The translations under genes and the position numbers were made by a program. Below the pieces are notes generated by a model. That model was not told where the DNA came from. It saw only the letters and a list, made by a program, of their open reading frames with translations, and searched no databases. 64,000 nt of DNA, from positions 1 to 64,000 of the forward strand of contig CDMY01001036.1 of NCBI GenBank assembly GCA_001179505.1, in the 5' to 3' direction. Source of the stretch: Vitrella brassicaformis CCMP3155. Its lineage: Eukaryota; Protista; Chromerida. Shown here piece after piece: positions 11,131 to 21,145 of this stretch. Position 1 is the first letter of the stretch. Every line of letters begins with the position of its first letter.

Positions 11131-13096
11131 AGCCCGACGCCCAACACAATGGATGTCACACTGGTGAGCTCCTCCAAAGAAACACAGCACCCTCAACACG
11201 CTGGATGTGTGTTGTGTTGTGTTGTGCTGTGCTGTGTTGTGTGTGTTCAGGTGGTTAAGAGTCTCTAGTCCTTCCCCTTTGTGTGAGCGGGGGAGGGAGG
11301 GAGGGAGGGAGGATCAGTGCGCCACACCACTGCCCATAAGGTAACCACACCACACACGAGAGGAAGACGTTCTTCACTCATGGGCTCATCGTGTGGCTTG
11401 TCTGTCTGTCTGTCTGTCTGTCTGTGACTGCAGTTTCGCGCATCAAGGCCGGCCTCTCACTCGGTGTCTGCCCCGCTCTCTCGTCAGTCTGCCCTTCGTC
11501 CGTGTCGCCGACAAACCCAGCCCGCCCAAGCTCTCTCTCTGTCTTGCATTCACTCACTCGCCACTGGCGTCGCGTCCCTCGACAACAGCCGAGTCCTCAA
11601 TGGTTCGTTCAGCCACCCGACCTGACTGAGAGTGGGGGAGAGGGGGGCCTGTGAAGCAGAAGGGGCCGCGCGGCTGTTGTGTCTGCGTCTGAGTGCCACC
11701 ACATGGCAGAGAGAGACAGAGTTGAGGGGGCGGTCCATCGAATCGGATCATGTCCGTCCCGTCAACCGCCCCAACGCCCCTTTGTTTGTGCGGCCAGCCA
11801 CAACTGACTGCATCAATCAATATATGGCAATGTACAGTACCTACCTTTTCAGCAGTGTGGAGAGCTCTCTGTCTGTGTGGGTACGGTTGAGGGTGTATGT
11901 GTGCGTGGGGGGTTTGGGCGTTGGGTGTGTGGGCCGTGATGGGCGAGTTACATACTGAGCCGACCAGTGTGGCCATTTGCCTCCCTCCCTCCCTGTTTTT
12001 CGCAACTCACCTCATCTCATCTCATCTGTACGCTCCCACCACTTGTGTGCCCATGTCTTCTCTGTATCGTGCGTGCACGGGGTCTGACTGACTCGTTCAT
12101 TGATTCATGGCAATGATTGCCTGTACGTGTACGTCAATGAATGACGTTTTTGGTCCCATTTGGCGCAGGTGATTTGACCGGTGCACACCACTGACTGACC
12201 TCTGTAGGTAGGAGGCTGTCGACTCCCACGCACAAACCACTCCATCCACACTGAGACTTGCAGGCAGCAGACAGTGATTGCGCACACCCCCCGCCCCCGT
12301 TTGTGTGTGCCGGGTCCATTTCCCAGTCCATTTCTTCTTTGCGCGTCCGGAAGGCATTGAAGCTGTCAGTTGTGCATGGTGGCCTTGGTAATACTGTGTA
12401 TGAGGGTGGCCTCGAGGACCGTCACGTCGACCTATATCAACCTCTCAGCCGCGCTGCTCGGCGAGTTGGGCCGTTGGCCTCCTGTGTGTGGCGTTTGCGT
12501 ATGTGTGGCTGCGTCAGGAGGTGGCTGTGCGGTTCGGGTTCAAGGGACAGTCAGCTGTGTTTCTGAGCCATCTTATGGATCATACGTACAGCTGTGTGTG
12601 TGTGGATGGTCAGTGCTCAGTGATTGAGGTCAGTGTACACCAGGGGCTTTCCCTGAACATGCACACACATCACACACCCGCACACGACTGTCTGGCTGCG
12701 TGAGGGGACGGACAGGAGTGCTCTCACCCCACAGGTCAGAGCAGCAGCGGCGCGGCTCACGGATCAGAGATGAAGGCGTGTCTCTCGTGTGTGCATGTGC
12801 TGTCCCTCGCCGCACATGGATAGTCCATGCCGTCCGTCACTGTTGTGTGTATCGATGTGCGCGTGTGTTTGTGTGTGGTGACAGTGACGATGCATGTGTG
12901 TGCCGACAAGCAGATGTTGGCTTCATGGAAAGGGTGATTATGGCCAAGAAGGCTATCTTTCGGCAGCAGCAATTCGGCTGCTTGGTCACAGGGCTGTCTT
13001 TTTGGATCAAGAGGCTGTCTTCACAACAAATTGAGCGGTCCTGTACAATTCCCGCTTATGTACACTATGTCTGTGGATGACTGGCTGAGGGCAGCA

Positions 13097-15491
13097 AAAA
13101 CTACATAGGCAGGCCACACAAACCATACACCACACCATGCACGTCGAGACACATTCAGACCTGACTGACGGACCTATGGATGCAATCAGTTACAGACAGT
13201 CACACCTGCAGACGGCCAGCCCAGCACACACACACTCACACACACACACACACTCGGACAAACGACCTACGTAGCAACACTATGCCCTTCCCCACCCACC
13301 CACCCACCCACCCTCCCTCCCTCTCTGCTGTCTGTGTCGGTCACGTCCCCAATTCGTGGGCTCGGCGCACACCAATACGCTCGACTTGACGGAAAAAACA
13401 CGCGGGGGCCACTCACCATTGGGTCCCCCACGCCGCTCATGTCACACACACATGCAATGTCCCCTCCCTCCCCTCTCAGCCCTCCCAGCCCTCTTGAGTT
13501 AGTCGATGACCTTGAGGCTGTTGTAGGTGTCCTTGTTGAGCATGTCCATCATGACTGACTGAGGCGTGAACTGCTCCAGCTCGCCGCTCATGAAGGCCGT
13601 CAGCAGGTTGCTGCTGAAGCCGCTAAGCAGCGCCACGCCCTCCTCGCACGCCACAGTGGGCTTGCTCCCGCTCGCACGCAAATTCCCTGCGCACAGAGAG
13701 AGAGAGAGAGAGAGAGCACCAGGGGATGATAAAGTGCGTCGTGTGTGTGTATGTGATGGGGGGAGGGGAGGGCTTACAGAAGATGATGTGCGGCATGGGG
13801 TATCCCGCCTCGGCGAACTTGTCCTGAATGAGGTTGAAGTCGGTCTTCTTGCGGCCGTGACTCTGACCGGTGGCGCAGTCGAACTCCATGTCGGAGAAGA
13901 TGAAGAGCTGCTGCGGCATGTCGTCCGGCTGGACGCTGAACTCCTTGGCCCTGGCGAGTATCTGGTCGAAGACGGCCTGCAGGTCGGTGTTCGCGCCCCA
14001 CTCCATGCGCTGAATGGCCTGCACCTTCTGCTCGAGCGTCTGCTGTGGGTCGATGGAGAAGAACGTGGGCCTCTGGCTGAAGGTGATGATGGTGTTGCCC
14101 CAGGGCTCATCACTGACTTGGGCAGTGATCAGCGACCTGATCAATCGACCAGACACAGACAGACACACACTTGATGAGCATGATGCATTGTGTCTTGTCG
14201 TCTGTGTGTGTGGTGGCTTACAGTGCGATGGCGACCTCCATGGGCTCGCCGGTCATCGACCCTGAGACGTCACAGACGGCCACGTTGTTCTTGAGGGGGC
14301 AGCCGCCACCCTTGGCCATGAGGTCGGCCACCAGGCGGTTCCACTGCAGCTCGTTGGTCTGCTTCTCGGCCTCCGACTGGTCGTCCTCCTGGCGGCTGAA
14401 GTAGGTGTTCATGAAGGGCTTGAGCAGCTCGTGAGGCAGCACTGCACCGGCAGCGATCTTCTTCTCGCCCTTGACGACCTTCTCGAGGAAGGCCGCGAAC
14501 CGCTCACCGTCGTGCTTGACAAACGCCTTCTTGTTCAGCTTCATGCAGCGGGACGGCACACGCTCATAGGGCAAGAGATCCCACTTGTCGGCCGACATGA
14601 AGACCTCAGGGACGTCGGTGTAGGCCCGCAGGGGGCTGAGGAACTCCTTGCGGTAGAGGTCCTTCTTCTGCTGGAGGGTCAGGTCGGTGCGGTCTGCGTA
14701 GAGCTCGGCCGCGATGGCGCCGGCCAGCTGGGTGATGTTGTCGTGATACCCATTGAGGGAGGGAGCCCACTTCTGCACAGACACACAGACAGACAGACAG
14801 ACAGACAGACAGCACACACGCATAGCATGACAGGAGTGAAGGGGGGCCTCGGTGTAAGGGGGTTGGTGGTGTGCTGTGTTGTCTTACCGCAGCGTAGTTG
14901 ACCGTCTTCTTCTGCTTCATCGCCTCCAGGTCCTTTCCCAGCTGCTCAGCGAACATCTTGGCCACCGTGTCGAGCAGCTGGCGAGTGTGGTCGTCCTTGT
15001 CGAGGCTCTCCTTCAGCCGCTCCTTCTCAGCCGCACGCTTGGCGACGCGCGTCTGCTTTGCCGCCTCTTGCTCGCCCGCCACCCTCTCCTCGACCAGGGC
15101 CTTGTTCTCCGCCTGGTACTCCTTCCACTTGGCCTCGAATGCCTCCTTGTCGTCGCCGCAGGCCTCCTGCACACACACACACACCACGAAGAGTCATTCC
15201 AGATAAGGTCCATCAGTGGTTGTGTTGACAACGAACCTTGAGCTCAGCCGCCTTGTCCTTGAGGACCTGCTTGCGCTGCTTCTTGCGTGACTTGCGCTTG
15301 ATGCGGTCATCCCGCGTCCTCTTGTGATGCTCTTGGCATCGTGCCCGGAAGGCCTCGATGCCCTCGATGGCGATGGACAGGAGGTCGGCAGGACACTTCC
15401 AGCATGTGTGCTGGGCGACGAGGGAGAGGTTGGCGAGGAACGTCACTGCACCACACACACACAAGGACACAGACAAGCAGAGATGAGAATG
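13097..15491 (-). repeat. Right arm of the large inverted duplication (partner 1-2418)
   Basis: Reverse complement of 1-2418, near-identical in exons and introns. Confidence 0.95.
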
Positions 15492-15858
15492 CTGTGGTGG
15501 ACAAGCCGTTCTGTCTACGCACATCCCCTTTCCTCCCCGCTGTGTGCCCCGCCTTACGTGGATGGTGCACTCGCAGCCAGTCGAGCGACTCGTAGAAGTT
15601 GGCTCTATCTGCCTTGCCGTCCTTGACGTTCCCCAGGTGGAAGATGGCACGCAGCGTGAGCTGCGCATCGGCTTCGTAGGCAGCCTTGAGCAGCTCCTGG
15701 AGGGTGTCGGGCGAGCAGCGAGGCACCACCTCGAAGAAGAAGTCCACGACCGCGTTGTGGGTGGTGGAGAAGGTGAAGGCCTTGTTCTCGGTCAGTGCAT
15801 CCGGCTCATGCACCGCCATCTTGCCACCAGCCGAATCAGTCATCGAAACGTCCGCCAT
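13499..15858 (-). CDS. DUF2828-type (TROVE-like + vWA) protein, complete right copy, 6 exons
   Basis: ATG at 15858 (MADVSMTDS...FSTTHNAVVDFFFEVVP...LTLRAIFHLGNVKDGKADRANFY...WL..HP.TFLANL). A K/R-rich coiled-coil insert follows, then KWAPS, DVSGSM, WGANTD and SDMEFD; TAA at 13499. Confidence 0.88.
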
Positions 15859-16178
15859 GTTTGACAAAGAATGAGGAAAAACAGAAAACTGTCGAGTAGT
15901 TCTCCTATTTGTCGACGACAGGAAAGCGGCAGAGTTTGCTGTCTGTCGCGACAGAAACGGAGAGCAGCTCGCATGACGACAAAACGGAGCGATCCGCGCG
16001 CCATTCCGTTTGCATATCGGCTTCGCTGTTTGGTTACCAATACGTATACAAGGCTGTGTGCTTGCTTCTTCTTTCGCTTGCTTCTCCTTTTGCAGTGAAT
16101 CATATCAATATTGCTTCCTCCAGGCTGAGCTTTGTCTGTCGGCAATCGGCACGCTCACCCGGCCCATCAGCAGCTCAC

Positions 16179-16666
16179 GATGACGATGGCGAAGCTTCTG
16201 CTGTGCCCGCTGGCCCTCTGCCTGCTCCTCCCACTGCCGTGCTGCAGCTGCCTGTCGACGTCGGTGGAGGGCTCCCGCGAGAAGCAGCAGATGCGCAAGG
16301 CACTCGCACTCCGCAAATCCATCGTGGCACAGGTGGCGGCTGTGTCTGGCGGAGTGCCCAACGGTGCGCTGGAGGGGACGGTGAGTCAGCTGCGGCACGA
16401 CGTGGACGCCCTCCTCCGACTTGAGGAGTCTCTGTCCGGCCATCTGTCGACTGCACGGGACAGAGTGGCAATCACACCACACGCAGAGGCCGCACAGGCA
16501 AACAACCACACCGGCACACGACACGCACCGTTGGCACACACTCTGTGTCTCTGTGTGTGTGTGTGTCAGGCTGTCATGAAGAGCCCCGCCTACCAGAACG
16601 CCAAACACGTGCATTCACACCACACCAAATCGATCAGTGACCAGCTCTCATGTGTGTCCCTTTCTT

Positions 16667-16702
<36 letters not shown>

Positions 16703-17064
16703 TGTAGATGAAGGAGGCTGCGGAGCGTCAGCACCGTGAGCACATCGAGAGGGAGGCGGACGTCATGGCACAGCACGCGGCCGCACACAGCAGACAAGAG
16801 CAACTCGCAAACAAATCGGCAGCCAAACTCTTCTCAGGTACTCACACACACTGACTGACAGACAGACAGACAGACAGACACATCCATTTGTCCATCCATC
16901 CATCTGTGAGCACAGAGAAGATGCAGGTCCTTCGCGAGGCGGCGGCAGCGAGAGAGGCGGCATGCGCCAAGGCAGGAAAGGGAGGGGCGCCGGCTGCTGC
17001 CCTGCCGACTGAGGCAGACACAGATGAAGAAGAGTGCAATCCATGCACCACTAACGACAACTAA
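16179..17064 (+). CDS. Putative secreted helical protein, 4 exons
   Basis: Signal-peptide-like MTMAKLLLCPLALCLLLPLPCCSC. In-frame joins: EGT|AVMKSPAYQNAKH|MKEAAERQH...KLFS|EKMQVLREAAA...ECNPCTTNDN*. Confidence 0.6.
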
Positions 17065-17465
17065 CTGAAACGACCGACGACCCAGCCAAGCTCATTCAGT
17101 GAAGGAGGTGTGTTGTGTGTGTGGGCGGAGAGGGGAAGAGACGACGCGTGAACTGACAGATGAATGAGTTATCTCCGATGTTCACACGCATTCACGTGAG
17201 TGGAAGCATTGATGTATGTATGTCTTCATGGCCTAAAAACACCGATTGGGTGCATAGCTAGCTAGCTGGGTGGATATGTGGAAAAAACTGAGTAAGTCAA
17301 AGCCGGCCCTCGAGCAGATTGCCCGACGAGCCAAACAACATGCACATTCATGCAGTCAGGCAGTCAGGCAGCTAGTGGTCTCTTCTTGCCTAACCTCCTC
17401 CGCTGAGTGCATTCGCAGCTAGAGGGAGGGAGGGAGGCACATCGAGGGGCAGAGGTGTGGTCTGT

Positions 17466-18721
17466 CTATGGGTATCCGAACAGCAGTGCCCCATCGACCG
17501 GTATGACGTGCCCGTTGATGTATCCTGCATTCTCAGAACTCAGAAAGGCCACCAAATCAGCCACCTGACAAAGAAACAAATATTCACCACAGGTGAACCG
17601 AATCCCCCAGCACACAAGCATCCCTCCCTCTGCTGCCGACTGACTGACTGACCTCTGTAGGTGTGCCCATGCGGCCAGCAGGCACCTGCGCCGTCACCTT
17701 CTCCTAATGCATTCATCAACGACACACATCCAGGATAAACGAAGACCATGGATACGATACTTGATGCGTCCCTCATTGATGAGTGGCTCACTCACCTTGA
17801 CATCATCACTGAGGGCATCGGTCATGTCAGTTGCGATGTATCCGGGCGCCACGGCATTGACAGTCACCCCCCTGCCAGCCATCTCCTTTGCCAGCGCCTT
17901 GGAGAAGCCGATAACCCCCGCCTTGGCGGCGGCGTAGTTGGCCTGCCCGGGGTTGCCGCCCACACCCACCACAGACGACATGTTGATGATCCTGCCGAAC
18001 CGCTGCTTGGCCATCGCGCGGATGACGGGCTTGGTGAAGTAAAACACGGAATTGAGGTTCGTATTGATGACGTCCAGCCAGTCGTCTGCACGCACACACG
18101 TCGAGTCGACAACAAAGAGAGAGATTGACAGCATCTCCTTTCGCCGTCCTATGCACTGACTGACCATCAGACATGCGCATGAAGAGGCCGTCCTTGGTGA
18201 TGCCGGCGTTGTTGACGAGTATGTCGACTCGGCCCTGCTCCTTCAGCACCTTCTCACACAGATCCTTGACAGCAGCGACGTCCGCCACATCGCATCCCTC
18301 GGCCGACGCGCTGCCGCCCTTGGCAGTGATCGCGTCCACCACGTCCTTGCAGCCCTCAGCCGTCCTCGCCACACACACCACGTGTGCCACACCAGTCCCC
18401 CCAAGACGCTCGGCAACGGCACGGCCCAGCCCTCGTGATGCGCCCGTCACGATGGCCACGCGGCCCTCCCCATACTCGAGGAAATTCATGCTGGCGGTCG
18501 CTCTGACGCGGTGGACCTGCACAACACACACTCGCAGCAATGAACAGATGCAAGGCTCCAATCTGTGCAGATCTTGCATATCTCCTTTCGCTCACATCTG
18601 ACGCTGCTCGTGCCCTCAGGCTCCGCAGTGGCATCGGTGCTGCAGTAAAGGCGTTGACCGCAGGGGCTGCTGCCATGAGAAACACCAGCAAGCAAGAGAC
18701 AAGATCTGAGAAGGAGGCCAT
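17466..18721 (-). CDS. fabG: 3-oxoacyl-ACP reductase (FAS II), plastid-targeted
   Basis: [45 protein letters not shown] (YxxxK), [14 protein letters not shown] and terminal [10 protein letters not shown]. The leader is a signal peptide ending ..AVNA followed by F and a basic transit-like segment. Five exons. Confidence 0.93.
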
Positions 18722-18841
18722 TCTGCAGATCGAGCAATGGCTGTCCCCCGCAATAGCGAAGTATGCAGTTTGCCCTCTCTAAGCTCGCAGCTAAGCCGCG
18801 CGAGATACCGCATCTTTCGGGAGAAGGCAGTCACATTTCTC

Positions 18842-20151
18842 ATGTCGTCTGGCCGGCACAGCAACGACCGGTCGAGCCGCGAAGGCTCTGAGAGGCTGCT
18901 GGGCAGTCGCGAAGGCTCCTCGCCCGACACCTCACCCTCAAGCCGTCCCTCTGGGCAGCCCTCGCCCACGTCAGGCTCTAGCTACACCCTGCTGAGCAAC
19001 AGAGGCACCTCATCCCCGTCCATCCCCGACCCCGAGATTCGTGCGGCCATCGAGGGCTCTCCCTATCCCCTCACGCTGCCCACAGCCCCGCAGCCAACCG
19101 GCAACCATCAGCCTGCAGGCCGGCTGTCATTTAATGTGTCATATCCACAGCGCGGGGGGACCCCGGCAAGCAGTCGCCATGGTTCGAATGACAGTCTGGG
19201 CAGCAAGGAGGGCACCCCTCGCAGCACGGCGTCATCGTCGCGGCGCAAGTCCAAGCTGATGTCGACGCGGCAGCCATCGACGGGGTGTAGGGCGTGCTTC
19301 ATCTGTCTGGAGGACGATTCGTCGGAGGAGCTGGTGGGGTGCTGCAGCCAGTGCTACGCCATGGTGCATCGCCGCTGCTGGCGCGAGTGGCGCAGCAACC
19401 AGCGGTTGAACCACATCCGCTCGCGGCTGCTGGGCTATGCGGCCCCGAACCCCTCCCTGTGTACCATATGCAAGACGGGCGTGTCGCGTGTCATTGGCGA
19501 GGAGGAGGGCGGCGCGTGGGACGGGTCGTCGCCCGTAGCTGGCGACAGGCGGTCGGCGGAGGCGGCGCTGCAGGATCAGTTCCTCGAGACGCTCAGCCGA
19601 GTGCTACGCAACAGCGATGATGACGACGACGACCTGGACGAGCCGCCTTTGTGCGCCGGCCCGACGCCCATCTTCGGTGCGGCGCTCATCTTTTTGGTGA
19701 TCGTGTTCGACCTCGTGTTCATATCCATGACCAAGGCGTGGGCAGGTGGGTCGATGGACAGATCGATGGATGACAGACAGACAAAGGGAGCTTGCCTCAT
19801 GTCATCCTCCTTCTGTGTCGAATGAAACACTGATCAGGTGACGTCGTCCTGCTGTCCTTGTTGGCCATCTACGAGTTCTTCGTGATGCAGCTTGTCATCA
19901 TGGCCATCTACCAACGGCGGACAGCCCTGCAGTCGTTCCTCACCTGGCCCATACCCGAGCCGGAACGACGGGCAGACAGGCAGCGTAGACAGCGGTCGCT
20001 GATGCAGTTGTCTGCGCTGCCCGACAGCCCTGGCCGCCGCGGTGGTGATGGTGGTGTGGATGAGAACAGGCGGGCGTTGATGGCCGATGTGGATTTGGAG
20101 AGGGGCGCGGACGAGAGGGAACGGGCATGGGGTGACGAAATCATCTCGTGA
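18842..20151 (+). CDS. C4HC3 zinc-finger membrane protein (MARCH/RING-CH-like E3 architecture)
   Basis: CFIC...CSQCYAMVHRRC...CTIC, followed by two hydrophobic helices (GAALIFLVIVFDLVFI and VVLLSLLAIYEFFVMQLVIMAIY); one intron about 19747-19837. Confidence 0.75.
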
Positions 20152-20440
20152 GAGGCAGGGTGATTGGCGGGGCTGGGCGGGCCGGGATTGCCGATGCTGT
20201 GTTTTTGTGTTGTGTCGCGAGAGGCAGGCAGAGAGGGGGGTCGACTGGACTGGACAGAGACATTAGATATGGATCGGATCGGTCATGTGGCCTACCTACA
20301 TGTCTGCCTGCATCAAACCAAACGGACGCTGCGTGCGTGTGTCGACCAATGTATGTACGTACACAATACACATTTCCCTGCCGCTCTCGTTTGTGTGTGA
20401 ATCTGACCCTCTCGATCGACAACACGCGTTGCAGCCAACC

Positions 20441-20988
20441 ATGTTTGCTCGACTGACATTAATCGTCGCTCTTCTGCTGGCGCTTTGCAATTGGGTGCCG
20501 TCCAGTGCGCTGCTGCCCCTCCGTCCAGTGAGTAACGAGCAGAAACGAGAAGGCACAATGGAAATGACAGCAGACACATGCCGTGGTAAGTGGAGGCTAT
20601 GCCATCAGCAGGCCATTTCTTGATTCATTGCTTGTCTGTCCTTACCGCTCTCACACACAGCCAAGTGCTGTGAATCCGAGGACTGCGACCAAGGACCGAG
20701 AACTGGCAGCGAGTGTGCAGAGGTGAATGTTGCTTGACGGTCTGGTATTCCACCTTCGTTTGACTCGCTCTGCTCAGCTCAACGCTTTCTGCCGGTCTCT
20801 GACTTCCCATTGCTTCGCCAAGTCCGGCCGAAATGCGTGGTCAGTCAGCAGATTCAAAATTCTGTCGTCACTCTGCTAGTCACTCTGTCTGTGTCTCTCT
20901 GCTGATGTGATGTGTGACTGTCAGCTCACGCAACCGAGACTCTTATTGTGCCTCCTGCAGAGAGAAGGCCAGACAGATCTGCTCATAA
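20441..20988 (+). CDS. Small secreted cysteine-rich peptide precursor, 110 aa, 4 exons
   Basis: Exons 20441-20585, 20661-20722, 20778-20839 and 20925-20988 with canonical GT/AG give one open frame: MFARLTLIVALLLALCNWVPSSALLPLRPVSNEQKREGTMEMTADTCRAKCCESEDCDQGPRTGSECAELNAFCRSLTSHCFAKSGRNACSRNRDSYCASCREKARQICS*. Confidence 0.7.
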
Positions 20989-21145
20989 TCATGACAGACA
21001 CAGACAGACGCAATGGATGAGTTTGAGTCCATCGGACGAGACACAGACAAAGAGAGCCAGCAACACACATGATTGAGTGACTGCTGATGAATCAGGCTGC
21101 ACAACACTTCACGGAAATGACCCACATAGCAGACATCTCTTTCTC

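Noticed and set aside
1-15491. Inverted arms as terminal repeats of a DNA transposon (Polinton, MULE or composite type)
   Set aside because: The arms are spliced cellular genes. No transposase, integrase, polymerase or target-site duplication was recognised, and the outer left end is outside the window.
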